Origin: Eledone cirrhosa | Taxonomy: Eukaryota | Direction: 5' to 3' | NCBI GenBank assembly: GCA_964016885.1 | Contig: OZ024742.1 | Coordinates: 66,898,001-66,962,000 of the forward strand | DNA length: 64,000 nucleotides | In this document: positions 18,161-32,919 of the stretch, in pieces | Position numbering within the stretch: the stretch's first letter is position 1 | How the letters are laid out: each line of letters begins with the position of its first letter | Notes under the pieces: generated by a model | Database searches by the model: none | Seen by the model: the letters and a program-made list of their open reading frames with translations, nothing else | Told to the model about the DNA's origin: nothing | Program-made: the position numbers and the translations under genes

Positions 18161-19079
18161 TGGACCCCTGAACCTGAATAACTCCGTATCCCTACTGCTC
18201 TCTGCACCGCAGCCTGGCATGACCCACCTGTGGTAGAGTAACCAATATACAACGTCGAATAACACCATCAGCCACCCATCGGTTCCCACCGGGACGCTGC
18301 ACGGCACCTACTAAGTTGGGTCCACCCCGCTATATACTTCCTCTTGGCCGGACCGGGTTAAAGTAATCTTATGAACCTGCTGCCTGAATCCGAGTAATAT
18401 CATAGATTAATTCAACCTATGAATATACAACTTTGACCTGAATTGGCATCATACTTCCAAAGCCCTCAACATCACACCCGAACACAATCCCCCTGCATTA
18501 GGTATACCTGTGTGCAGTGTTTAATGACACTACCAACCGTCTATTGTTTTCCCACCGAAACACTGCACGATTTCTACTGAGTTCAACCCACCTTGCTAAT
18601 GTTAGAAAAAGAAATGTTTCCACATAGCTTGGGTTGGTCAAACGTAACCCAGTGTCATCCAACAGGTACCGGATAATTACCTCCCTTAGCGAGTTATATC
18701 CCTTTCACCGGTGGCAATGCGTTTACTATCTATGAACAGGATGCATGGTGATGTGAAGTTGTGATATTATCTCAATGATTCGTAATTAAGGACCTAACCA
18801 TTGGAATTTCCGCCTCAGACGAGCACTCCTGAGCGAAACACGTGCAAGACCTCTATAAAAATAAATGTTTTAACGGCTTGTAAGTCTTTCATTCACTCAT
18901 TCATTTGCTTATTCCAGCTCTGATTAAATCTTACGCAAAATATTAACCTTCTCTAATATTTAACCCTGCTAACCCTAGCATCGAGTACACTACGCTTCGG
19001 CTATTGGCAGTTAGGATTCTGTATCATACCTCTTTGTATCTCTCCACTTCATCCTCTTCTACGATACTTTAAACCTATT

Positions 19080-19913
<834 letters not shown>

Positions 19914-20100
19914 ATAATTGTTTCTACTTTTTGGCACAAGGCCAGCAAATAGCCAGTGCATTGCTGGTACTTTATTTTATTTATACATATATACATAATA
20001 TTTTATATATATTGTTACTTATGTATATTTTCAGTCATACCTTTCAGCCTCACTTTCAATTTTAATATAATTTCACTTTTATTTCGTATTTTCATATATT

Positions 20101-20183
20101 TATAACCTTTCATCTGATGAGCGAGTTAGACGTATGTTAATATTGTCTAGGGTCCTGAAACCTTTGGTAATGGAATAGTTATA
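20101..20183 (+). ncRNA. Type I hammerhead ribozyme (canonical core) in a solo pLTR end
   Basis: tttcat-CTGATGA-[...tagac...gtcta...]-GAAA-cc ttt gg-TA-atggaa. The downstream tail to ~20270 is homologous to 61900-62009, and an antisense half copy lies at 17845-17892. Confidence 0.78.
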
Positions 20184-20268
20184 TATTGTGTTGTTCACTT
20201 TCTAATTAAATAGCTCGGTATTATACATAGATCACTCTTTTTTCCTATGCTTTTTCTTCAGAAATACT

Positions 20269-20361
<93 letters not shown>

Positions 20362-20726
20362 ATCACAAATTTAAATTTTGAAAGCCTAAACTTCTATTCA
20401 TGCACACGCATACACACATTCACGCGCAAAAATGCATATATGATACATATATCATACATTTCAGAAGGCGCCGTTGAAACTTTAACGTCTTTTCATTTCA
20501 TTTAACTTAAATCTGCTTCCAAACAAGCAAGTCTATCCGATCGATTTTTCAGTCTCTTGTAGGGTTACTCCTTTGATAAGGCATTTTAAACCCGAAAATA
20601 TAAGGGATCGTTAAATTTGGTAAGCTAAGATTCTGTTCTTATCTTGGCAATTATAAATTCTCCATACGGTTTTCAAATTTAAACTTGTTTCCTATTCAAC
20701 AATGCTTCAAACATGCTACAAAACCT

Positions 20727-20763
<37 letters not shown>

Positions 20764-20766
<3 letters not shown>

Positions 20767-22077
20767 GGTGGGGCATAAAAACTGTTACAAAATAAAATGC
20801 AAATAGTTCTTGAAAAAAAACATTTATTTCAAGATCTGACTTCAACAAATAGTAAGTAATATACTATTAAACAACTGCACAAAAATTTATTCGAAATGCT
20901 TTCCTCTAGCTCTCACTACTGTTCGACGTCTTCTAGGAAGGTCTTCGATGGCTGCACGAACAGTTTCCATGGGTATTTTCTCCCATACGTTATTCAGTTT
21001 TGATTTTAGAGTTTCAATATTTTGGCTAGGAGTAGAGCAGACTTCACTCTCAAGAGTTAACCATAAAGAAAAATCGAGAGAGTTGAGATCTGGTGATGTG
21101 GGAGGCCACTCTTCCTTACTGATCCATGCAGAACTATGGTCTCTACACCACTGTTGTGTTACCCGAGCAGTGTGGCTCGTCGGTCCATCTTGTTGGAGAG
21201 TCCAAGTGTCATCGCCATAAACAGATGTGCACCATGGCATCAGTGCTCCTTCCAAAATATCCTTTATGTAAAGTTCTTTGTTAATTTTAACTCCTTGAAG
21301 CATATAAGTCAGAGGAGACTTCCCTCTTTCAGAAATGGCTTCCCAAACCATCACTGATGCTGGTTTCTGTGTTCTGAACACTTTTCCTACACTTGAAGGA
21401 ATTGATTTGAGACTTTTTGCAAGTACTCGATCATTTTGATGATTGTGGGACTGCTGCACAGTGAATAAATTCTCATCTGTAAAGATGATGTTTTGCAGCG
21501 TGCCATCCTTGATACGGTTCAATAACAGTTTACTTCTGGAGAGCCTCTTTTCAATTGTGTTTGCAGAAAGAAGCTGCCTCTTTTGGAACTTATAAGGTGA
21601 CATCCCCAGATCATCTCGACATATCCTCCGCATAGTTCTCGGCGATGTTTCTGCTTCTTCTGCCATTTTTCCTCATGGACCTTTTTGGATTACGCCTTAT
21701 TTTTTTCCCTCACACTTTTAACGAGTTTTGGTGTTCTTGAGGTGCGAGGGCGTCCGGATTGAGGTCTGTCTTTGGTCGAGGAAGTTTCCTTAAATCGATC
21801 GATTGCCCTTTTGATCTACATTCTATTGATCTTAAGAATTTTCCCCAGTTTAAATCTCTTGGGTGGAGTCAGGCCTTTTTCATGCTTCTCTATTATTTAA
21901 CTTTCTTTTCAATTCTATGGACATTGCAAATTGTTAATGGAGTAATGTTCTGAAAAATAGTTAATATGGTTATAGTGTATGGATTTTATACAAATATATA
22001 AATATATTAGTTATATTAGCAACATAATGTATTTTTAAATTGATTTAAAACTTTGTAACAGGAATTATGCCCCACCC

Positions 22078-22081
<4 letters not shown>
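20764..22081 (-). mobile_element. Tc1/mariner DD37D (maT) transposon, full length
   Basis: ~28-30 bp TIRs (cagggtggggcataa...ctgttacaaa / tttgtaacaggaattatgccccaccctctg), TA-flanked within (TA)n. Confidence 0.92.
20887..21924 (-). pseudogene. DD37D transposase, N-terminus disrupted
   Basis: ORF 20887-21666 has IIFTDE, QQDGPTSH and WPPTSPDLNSLD, with 37 residues between the 2nd and 3rd D. The upstream DRPQSGRPR HTH linker is separated by frameshifts and a stop. Confidence 0.9.
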
Positions 22082-22136
<55 letters not shown>

Positions 22137-22140
22137 ATGT

Positions 22141-22187
<47 letters not shown>

Positions 22188-23502
22188 CGTGCGTGTGCGT
22201 GTATGGGTGTGTGTGTGTCTATGCATATTTATATATATATATACATCAATATCGGAAATACATTCTTATCGCACCACAAATTTCTTAAATGAAATTATAT
22301 TTCCTTGTCAGTCTTTACGGCACTCAAGTCGTATATGTTTACTATATGTACATTTTCTACTACAGTTATATTTTGATTCAGCCATATATTTATGTTCCCC
22401 GGTTTTTATATACCTACGGGCTTATGTGTGTCTGAGTAGTCGAGACTTGTCTATGTGAGCGTAGTAATTAAATATTGAAAATGTCATAAAACAGATAGCA
22501 ATAATACGAAGAAAGGTACAAAGTTTACGTTTATGCTCTTAGCAATAAAAATAAGAGAATTAAAATTTTGTACAATGGTTATCCTTCAGGGACATTAAAA
22601 ATGCAATATAGGGGAAACAACTTTTGTAAATACCGGCGTTTACATTGAGCAGGCACCTGGGAATGAAAATCATGAGTAGTTAGAGCTGAAATATGTAAAA
22701 TAGTTTTACTCAGCTATAAAGGAAAATAACGGTAGAAGGAAGAGAGATGCCTGTTATGTATGTCTTTGGGAAAGCATATTTTTATGTGTGTGCGACATCA
22801 TGTTTCTGTGTTTGTTCTGGTCAGATGACTAGCGTGACCGAGGGGCAATTTTACATAAATGTATTTATCAGTGAGTTGCTGGGTTAAGGAGAATAGCTGG
22901 GTTATTAACAAAGGACATGCGATATTTGATTGTTAATAGATGAATTGCCTTTACTGGGAAACCTTTTGATTTTTGTCGGTGCCAGCAAGAAGCATCCGTT
23001 ATGTAAAAGAGCAACACAGACACGTGGTACAAGAGGCACTGACCAGCAAAATGATAGGTAGGTCTACTGAACAGTGTGATCCGTAGATCAGCTTTACACA
23101 GATCAAGTATACGACAAGATGCATGATTTGAATTGACGAGTGATAGAAACGGATGCTTTGCATAGAAGCTTCATTTTCTTGTGTAACAAGTAGGTTTAAG
23201 TACCGGGCTATTTGATAGAGCTTCAGAGATTTGCATAAGAGAGTCAAAGAGAGAATATGTGGACTTTAAAAGAATACAAAATTAATTGATGAGATTAGGG
23301 TGATGGATTGAAATTTAGTTATACAGGGGTTTGACACTCACAACGAATATGAAAAATGTGGTATCAAAGATCTTGATCAACGTTAAAATATGTAAATGTT
23401 ATTTAATATACACATGACAAAAGAACTCACAGTTTGTGACATGAAAATGTAATACATTGTGAAATACCTACTAACAAACGTATCACAGTTGCAACATTAT
23501 TT

Positions 23503-23692
23503 GCGGTGGATTGGCAGTATAGGTAGAGGGTCGGACGCCATCCTTTGCAGCAAAGTGTTACGGCCCTTTATGGTCTCAATTCAAATCCTGCTAAGGTTAA
23601 CTTTGCCTTTCATCCTTACGGGGTCGAAAAATAAAGTACCAGTAATACACTGGGATAATTGTTGACCCTGTGCCAAATGTAGAAACAATTAT
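23503..23692 (+). mobile_element. tRNA-derived SINE
   Basis: A-box tggcagtatagg, B-like ttcaaatcc, family core. Confidence 0.85.
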
Positions 23693-24243
23693 TTGCTAGT
23701 AAATATATTTAACATCTAAAATATAAAATGAAGTACCGTAGAAAATTTCCAGGAAACGTATAGTAAATATTAATGTTACAGCATTTTAAATGCATGCCAT
23801 GTCGGGTGAGACGAACCAGCCATATGACTATTTGCAAATATAGCTCATTTTTATTCTCATCACCCTCATAATCATCCACTCTCTCCTAATTTATCCAATA
23901 GTCAATTGAAGTAAATTAACATATGTAAATGGATATTTACAAAGGAAAATGGGTTTCTAAAAGACTCGTACACAAGTAACAGATTTGATATATAACAACC
24001 AACAAAAACAACAATAAAACGTTACGAAAAACATTAACATCAACATCACCAACATCATCAACATGAAATCAAAAAGCATAAACAACATTGACAACAACAA
24101 TAGCAGCAGCAATGATTATAGTTAAGAAACAAGTTCCATTAGCTTTCAAGCAGAACAATTCCAGACCAATTTCCTTCTTGAAAGATCTATCAAGAATGAA
24201 AAGAATCTGTCGTATTTATAATATAATACACACACCCATATAG

Positions 24244-24278
<35 letters not shown>

Positions 24279-24379
24279 CACGAATATATATATATATATA
24301 TACCCCACTCTCAAGCGTGAAACTAAGAACCATATCATTTGTACTGCTTCTCTGTTTTTTGTTCCCTGTTCATTTATTA

Positions 24380-24521
<142 letters not shown>

Positions 24522-24917
24522 ATATGTATACGTATATATATATATGCATATATATATACGTATATATATATTTATATATATATGTGTGTGTGTGTGTGTG
24601 TTTGTGTGTGTCAGAGAGTGTGTATTCTTACATACATACATTTATAAAGGCATTTACAATGTCCGCCTTCGTACGCATATATTCTAATACGCGCTAACAT
24701 ATTCATACGGACACTGGAACATTTGAACTAAATGTGTATTGCATTGTTTCATATGTATCTGTATACTATATTTTTCATTCACGGTATATATATATGTTTA
24801 CAAATGTTATTACTAAGTGGTGATACATTGATTCACGGCATCTATATTTTTATCTGTTCTGGCTTGATTTGAAAACTACGTAATTATAGCTAGAGTGGTC
24901 ACTGAAGCATCTAATTA

Positions 24918-26981
24918 CACCGTGTAACAACTGTTTTTGTGTTGCTTAGCTCCCAAATAAATAAAAAAGTGCTATTAAACAGTTAAAAGTTTGGGTTTGT
25001 AAAAATTCTAGGCTATTCACTAGAATCATTTTGATGCTGGATTTTACGTTGTATGTAAGTTTAATTTGCTTATGTTAAATGATTTTTTTAAATATGTTTC
25101 AGGTTAAATTAAAATTATAAGATAAAGAGTAATACCTAAAGAAAATTATAAAAGTGCAATAAAATATAAAATTGTTAAAAAGTGGATTAAAGAGATTTAT
25201 TGATACTGGGGTACCAGAAAAAGTTCCTCACTTCCCAAATCAAAAAGAAGTCAATAACTTGGTCAGGGATTTGGGTCTGACCAAGTCCAATGCAGAGCTA
25301 TTCGTCTCTACGATAAAGCAGGAAGTGCAGGTGACAAGGAGGAAGTGCAGGTGACAAGTCAGAGAAGTCGACACGAACCTTTATGAGGCTTTACACTGCT
25401 TCTGCCATGATGTGCCTGGACTGTTTGACGTTATTGGGGTGCCGTTTGTGCCCACAAGTTTGAAGGCTGTCCTCCTCCACAATGGAAACAAGTTCCCGAC
25501 ACTGCTCCTAGCACATTCAATCTTCCTGAAGGAAGATTACTACAGTGTGAAAGTCCTCCTGGAAGCTCTGCAATACAACCAGTACAATTGGGAAATCATT
25601 GGAGACTTCAAGATGGTGGCTTTCCTGCTTAGACTCCGAGGAGGCTTTATCAAATTCCAATGCTTCCTCTGCCTTTGGGACAGCAGAGCCACCTCTGACC
25701 ACTACATCGAGCAGCGAACAGAATTTGTAGTTGGGACCTGGAATGTCATCTGGATGCCACTGGTTGATCCCAGGATTGTGCTCATGCGGCCACAGCACAT
25801 TAAGTTGGCGTTGATGAAGCAGTTTGTGAAGGCTCTCAACCAAGAATCAGCGCTTTTAAGTACCTTCTTGAGTTCTTTCCAAAGTTATCTGAGACCAAAA
25901 TCAAAGCTGGAATTTTTGTTGGACCTCAGATAAAGAAGGTGTTTGAGTCTACCGAGTTCTCCAATAAGCTCAATAGGATTGAGAGAACAGCATGGAACTG
26001 TTTCAAGGCAGTTGTTAAGGGCTTCCTGGGCAACTACAGTGCTGAAAACTACCAGCAACTGGTGCAGGATCTGATAAAGGCTTTTGGCGCCATGGGAAGC
26101 AGGATGTCGCTTAAACTCCATATGTTGGACGCTCACCTGGAAAAAGTCTAGGACAATATGGGCGCCTACTCAGAAGAACAAGGCGAACGATTCCATCAAG
26201 ATGTGAAAGAGATAGAGCGGAGGTACCAGGGCCACTACAATGAAAAAATGATGGGGGACTATATCTGGGAGCTAGTGCGGGAATGCGACCTGGACTACAA
26301 CCACAAATCCAGGAAATCCAGTCATTTCTGACTTGTATAAGTTGCTTTATAAGTGTTATTTGTTTTTACTTGTTTGCTTTTGATAAGGTTGTCTAATAAA
26401 ATAAATTTAGACTCTGTTGATTTAATTATATGAACTGATAAATTTTTTTTAAGTGTGTTTTTTCTTGAAAAATATGAAAATTTCGAAATATCAAACTCCT
26501 GCCCACAAACCCAAAACTTCTGATTAAATAATAGTGTTTTTTTCTTCATAAAATGGCATATATGGAAAAAATGAAACGAAATTTCATTTCTCACTCTTAG
26601 TACGGCAGTTACTTTAATGTAAGTATGTATGTATACGTACATACACACATGTATACAGACTTTAATGTAAGTATGTATATATATATACATACATGTACAC
26701 ATATATATATATGTACGTATCGGTTTACCATACATTTATGTTAATGTTCTGTTTGTTTGTAAACAAACAGCCCGAATTAAGCCGTACAGTGTTTAGCATC
26801 CATCGTTGCCCATTTGTTCAACACTGACAAAGGAACGATGTACTAGTTTCAAGCTTATTAGCTATCGTCAACATCGTATAACTTCCTGCCAGATGATTGA
26901 ACGTCTGAAAGTATATAATGGCATATAATAAACCAGTAAATGACACTTGGAACCGGGGAACAAAAAATATGTTACACGGAC
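24918..26981 (+). mobile_element. Chapaev3-like (CMC) DNA transposon, degenerate
   Basis: 5' end caccgtgtaaca, 3' end tgttacacggac (imperfect), TTA on both sides; collinear with 48800-50538. Confidence 0.75.
25205..26325 (+). pseudogene. Chapaev-like transposase remnant
   Basis: SLKAVLLHNGN, GDFKMVAFLL, CFLCLWDSRA, HIKLALMKQFVKAL, MSLKLHMLDAHL, SEEQGERFHQD; frameshifts and stops. Confidence 0.85.
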
Positions 26982-27182
26982 TTATTTTACGGAATAATGT
27001 ATAGTAACTATATTATGTTTGTTTATGTGGTATATTTGAGGACCTTACGTTGCGCTGGTTTAGTATCAAAGATTAAATTTCTTGTTTACAAAATATCATT
27101 GTCTCTCTCTATCTCTCTCTCTCCGTCTCGCTCTCTCTTTCTATATCCCTCCCCCTCTCTCTCCCACCCCCCTCTCCCGCTC

Positions 27183-27218
<36 letters not shown>

Positions 27219-27250
27219 CACATATAGATGTATATATATACCCCGAAGAA

Positions 27251-27282
<32 letters not shown>

Positions 27283-27368
27283 AGAAGAAAAAGACGATGT
27301 AATTTACGAAATGCATAAACATATATTGTTTCTTTTAACTCTCTCTCTCCCTCCTTCTCTCTCTCTCT

Positions 27369-27453
<85 letters not shown>

Positions 27454-28516
27454 ATAAAAGAGAAAACACAGGTAAGCATTAAAAAAGGATTTTATCCAGG
27501 TATTTACGACCGTTTCATTGGTAAGTGCAACCTTATATTGCTATACTGCAAATAGCAGCCACTCAATAATAATTTCAAAATAGTGAATAAGTTACTCTTA
27601 AAAGGTTCTTAATATATAAAAAAAACATTTTTGGGGAATTGCATTTACTAGTATAGAGAGAGAGATGAAGGGGGAAAGGAATTAGGAAGTAGATTGACAA
27701 ACGGAGTAGTTTAGAGAGAGGAAGGGGGAGAATATTTAGAAAGTATAGTGACAAACGGTGGCGGTGAGAGGGGTAAGGTGGAAGGATTCCTCGAACCGTT
27801 TTGATTCGTAGACTTCATGTCGTCGATTTACAGTGTAGGGAGTTAAAGAGAATTACATTGTTTATAGTGGGAGGGATGGAGGGAGAGAGGGGGGATAAGG
27901 AGATAAATATATATATAAATAAAAATAAAAACAAAAATAAAGAGGGGGGGGGGGAGAAAAAAGAAAAGAAAAGTTAGCAAAAAGGGGGAGAAGAAGAGAA
28001 GAAAACGAAAAAAAAGAGAAAAGGAATAAAGGAGGAGGGAGGGATATAGGTAATGGTTATTGTGGGTAATTAAAGGGGTTAGATACAATAAGATGGTAGA
28101 AAGTCTAAGTATATGCTGTTTGTCAGGTGAGAGTAAGGGGTTAAGGGTTCGATTTGCACTTGTAGTGCGAAAACTACATACATATTAAGAACCTTTTAAG
28201 AGTAACTTATTCACTATTTTGAAAATTTGGAGGTGAACAAGAATTATTATTAAGTGGTTACTATTTGCAGTATATAAGGTAAATACCTGGATAAAATCCT
28301 TTTTTTTAATGCTTACCTGTGTTTTCTCTTTTATTCTTTATACTTCAAGATTGAACGTGATTCTTACAAACTTGTGAAGTTATCCCTAACTCTACGTTGA
28401 GACCGTCCATGAAACTGGCTTTCTTAACAACGAACTGGATTACAATAAGCAATTTTCTGTTCCCTAACTACAGGCTCGTTATCGGTCGAGCAAACACCTA
28501 AACATACGGTACTACT

Positions 28517-30844
28517 ATGGAAAAGCATTACATAGGTATTTCCCTAAAGAACATTGCTATACATTTCAGAAAGGATTATACCCTCCGGATGATACAACGA
28601 ACAAACGACTTTATACGCCGGGTTAGATGGAAAACTTTCCATTTCGACAAAGGACGTAACGGTCGCACCGTGGAATACGACAAAGAAACATACGACTTCA
28701 AATCACGTAAGAACCCACCTACCAACCCTCAACTGGATGCCTCTGAACAGGACTTACTGAAGATGATTATGAATATTATCAAATTCAAAAAGTGGAGGAA
28801 TAATAAACTCCAGAATGACATGAATACACTCCTAAAAAAGCCGCGAACTACCAATGGAATTATTGTCAAAGCAGAAAAACCTCAAATGTGTAAACGATGG
28901 ATATATACAATAGCTTCATACGGAAGGAATTACATAGGAAATACAAATAAAACTAACGAGACGGCATTGATAAACATCAACAACGAAACACACAATATAG
29001 TTAAACACCTAGGAATAGAGGGCAGAAAACTTAGGCCATGTACCCCCAGATTTAATCTCAAGGAACAATTAGACTTATATGCCCGTCCAAATCGGACATT
29101 GGGAAAATTAGTAAACATATATTAGACAGAGTGATAGCACAAATGAAGAATAAACGAGTGATTAAACTATGGGGAAACAATACCGAAACAATTAAATGGT
29201 TTAACAATATAGCTAACAAAAATGTATCTAAGTTTATACAATTTGACATTAACGACTATTACTCCTCTATATCACCCAATACCTTGGATAAAGCCTTAGC
29301 ATTCGCCAAAGCCAATTATGACCTGACAGCCGACAAGATAAAAATTATATTAGCTGCTAGGAAAACAATAATTAAAATTTGAAAACGCCTATTGGGAACG
29401 TAAGGATAGATTAAATAACTTTGACATCACGATGGGGGCTAATGACTCGGCTCAAGTCACAGATTTAGTAGGTATTTACATAGCCCATAATTTACAGAGG
29501 GAATTTAGCGACCTTCACGGTGGAATATACAGAGACGACGCCCTTCTCCTAGTTAAGAACCTAAATAACCAGAGCATAGAAACACTGCGTAAGAATATTA
29601 GAAAGACTCTCGGGAAACTAGGCCTTAACATAACGTATGAATATAGCACTAAAATAGTTAAGTTTCTAGACGCGACGCTTAACCTAAATACGGGACTTAT
29701 AAGAACTGTTCACAAGATTAATGAAAACTTAGCATACATCAACTGTAATTCGAACCACCCACTATCAATAATTAAATCCGTTCCACGCAGCATATCCCTT
29801 AGGATCTCCCGCCTCTCGTCTAACCGACAAATTTTCGAGGAACACGCCAAGTACTACAATAACGCACTAGACAAGGCAGGCCACTTAGATAGAGTAGAAT
29901 ATATAGATGAGAGCCTCCGCAAAGCACGCACGAACAGGCATAACACAAACTCCAGAAACACACGCACAGACGCATTTACGGATAGAACAACAAATTATAC
30001 TGAAAATAGAAATACAACATCAAAATCAAACAGGTCACGCGGTAGAAAATATATTTGGTATAACCCCATATTTAACACCTCTATTAGTACTAACCTACCC
30101 TCTACCTTCTTTAGAATAATAAATAAGCACTTTCCAGATTCACATAGATACAGCAAAATCCTTAACACTAAATCTATTAGACTATCTTACTCCACTGCAC
30201 CAAACATAGAGGCGCACATTAAGATGTTTAACGCTAAAAAGATATGTAACAACACCGGAACACAAATTTATAACAATAACAATACAATTACTATTGAACA
30301 CAACAGAATATCTAATAAACAACCACCCACTAATAGGGAAACAAAACGTAACATATTTGTGCAGGCATCGTAGCCCACCAATAATGCCAAAGTTGCCCAT
30401 GACAAGAATTGTAATTGCCACCTACCCGAAACCTGTCCATTGCATAATGAATGTATGCAATCTAACCTGCTTTTCCAATGCACAGTGCAATCAGACAAAG
30501 AGAAATGGTATTACATCGGAGCGACTGGGAATACATTTAAAGCTTGTTAGTATACACACCGTTACGAAATTAAACATTCCCAACATCGTTATGTAACTAC
30601 ACTTGCGAACAAGACCTGGCAAGTCAGGGAAAGTAACCATCAATACACCCTGAAGTGGAAAACATTATCGAAAGCGCCCCCATATCGGAGTGGTATGAGA
30701 AGCTGTCGGTTATGTGACCTTGAGCTGTTGCACATTTTGAGTTCGAAGAATAAGTTACTCAACAATAAAATCGAAAGATCAATCTATTGTAACCATAGAC
30801 TCAAAGAAATGTTTTCTCACTACAAGTGCAAATCGAACCCTTAA
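28517..30844 (+). pseudogene. PLE reverse transcriptase-GIY-YIG polyprotein (frameshifts and stops)
   Basis: SLKNI..FIRRVRWK N-terminus; FIQFDINDYYSSI, MGANDSAQVTDLVG, GIYRDDAL. Reading past TAG 30371 gives CNCHLPETCPLHNEC..YYIGAT..CRLCDLE..CNH to TAA 30844. Confidence 0.92.
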
Positions 30845-31064
30845 CCTCTTCCTACCACCTGACAAACTGCATATATTTAGAATTTCTACCCTCTTATTGT
30901 ATCTAACCCCTTTAATTACCTACAATAACCAATACCTATATCCCTCCCTCCTCCTTTCCTTTTCTCTTTTTTTTTCATTTTCTTCTCTTCTTTTTTCTCT
31001 TCCCCTTTCTTTATTTTTATTTTTATTTTTATTTATATATATATTTATCTCTCTATTCCCCCCC

Positions 31065-31099
<35 letters not shown>

Positions 31100-31421
31100 T
31101 CTCTCTCTCGCTCTCTCTCTCTCTCCCTCCCTCCCACTATAAACAATTTAAATCTCTTTAACTCCCTACACTGTAAATCGACGACATGAAGTCTACGAAT
31201 CAAAACTGATCGTGGAATCCTTCCACCTTTACCCCTCCCTCCATCTCCGTGTGTCACTCTACTTTCTAATTCTTCTCCCCCTTCCACTCTCTCTATACTA
31301 CTCCGTTTGTCAATCTACTTCCTAATTGCTTTTCCCCTTCCTCTCTCTCTATACTAGTAAATACTATTCCCAAAAAATGTTTTTTTTTATATTAAGAACC
31401 TTTTAAGAGTAACTTATTCAC

Positions 31422-31522
31422 TATTTTGAAAATTTGGAGGTGAAGAACAATTATTATTGAGTGGCTGCTATTTGCAGTATAGCAATATAAGGTTGCACTT
31501 ACCAATGAAACGGTCGTAAATT
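31422..31522 (+). ncRNA. Candidate hammerhead, U3-A8 variant core with ~74-nt stem II
   Basis: tatt-TTGAAAA-t ttggaggtg...cactt a ccaa t-GAAA-cggtcg-TA-aat(t/a), at the expected pLTR position; stem I is only 3-4 bp. Confidence 0.55.
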
Positions 31523-31669
31523 CCTGGATAAAATCCTTTTTTTAATGCTTACCTGTGTTTTCTCTTTTATTCTTTATACTCCAAGATTGAACGTGACTCT
31601 TACAAACTTGTGGAGTTCCCCTAACCATACGTTGAAACCGTCCATGATACTGGCTTTCTTAACCACGAA

Positions 31670-31700
<31 letters not shown>

Positions 31701-32919
31701 ATGGCTACACCTCGATTAAGAGTAATTCGTATCCCTTTCACACATAAGCATGTGCAGCACGTACGTGGCTTTTTACTCATGTGAGTAAAGGCTTTGCACG
31801 GGTCCAATCCTACTCTCTGAACGTCGAATGCATTTACACAAAAGGTACAACTGCTCTACATCATTCGATTCAGACGGATCCGCAGGTTTTATATGAGAGT
31901 CACCTTCTCATATATATATATATGAGTTTGTATACATATATATGTGTGCGTGTGCGTGTGTCTATGTGTATGTGGGTGGGACCTCTCTGAGAGGAACAAT
32001 TATTAAATCAAATTTTAGAAATATATAACTATAACTAAATATTAAATTGATATAATGACGCATTAATGAGTATTTCTAACCTATTTCTATTACAGTGATA
32101 TTTCTTCTGACCTAAACCTACCTATGTATCTCTGTGCCAGAATTAATTGAGTGGAGTCAATAATTCTATATCCTTTGGCGCAGCCACGAACAAAAGTAAT
32201 AAGTTAAATTGATTCAAACTATATGTCTAATAAAGTTGGCTCTGTTCTCAAGATGTGACATCATTCCAAGAACATTCTCATGTCATTAGAGTTTATAATC
32301 TTTGAGTTTATCCATGATTGGCTATGGTACTGAATTTTGCCAAATATTTAATATCTCTTCGAGATTCTACAATGTTTTGGTTTCTCATTTATCAAAAATT
32401 CTTCCTCTCTCACTTCCTCTTTTTTTTGTATCTGTCTCTGACTTTGTGTGTGTGTGTCTCTTTCTCTCTCTCTCACTCTCTCTCTCCCCCTCTCTCTTTC
32501 TCTCTCTCTCAGTCAGTCAGTCCATCTATCTACCTATCTAGGTAGCTAACTATAATCAGTCCCATATTCCATTTCTTTTCATAAAATTGGTGTGTGCCCA
32601 TACATGTGTGTGTAAGTTTGCGTGTTCAAAACTGCCTATACACCCAAACTCACTCTATGTACTACAAGTTGATTTATTACAGTGATAATTGGTGTTCCCT
32701 ACATATGCTTCAGCTACGATCAATCAGATAATATTTACTGTTCCCGTTTTTTTTTTCTTTTCATAATTAACGGTTTACAACCTAACACTCTCTGTTGATG
32801 ATAACTGCAGCCAAATTCTATCCAAAATTCTAGATATACAATATGAAACAAATATATTTTGGTCTGCATTGAATAGGAACGAATGATTATTTGACATCGT
32901 GATATAGAATAGGTTAGAA

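Larger units (their letters stand above)
27451..31668 (+). mobile_element. Full-length Naiad-type Penelope-like retroelement
   Basis: Inverted pLTR 27451-28174, partial direct pLTR ~28184-28434, ORF, then 3' pLTR ~30811-31668; bounded by (GA)n and (TG)n. Confidence 0.92.

Noticed and set aside
18811-18850. HHR-like cagacga-gc..gc-GAAAcacgtg
   Set aside because: Core U4 is mutated and there is no stem I; only a relic.
28517-31230. Selenoprotein/SECIS system as described for some Naiad PLEs (ATGA-N12-AAA near 31186)
   Set aside because: Conserved Cys positions use TGT/TGC, the stops in the GIY-YIG region are TAG, the TGA at 29380 coincides with a frameshift, and the hairpin lacks the 3' GA quartet. 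ORF 59368-60651 also has no in-frame TGA.
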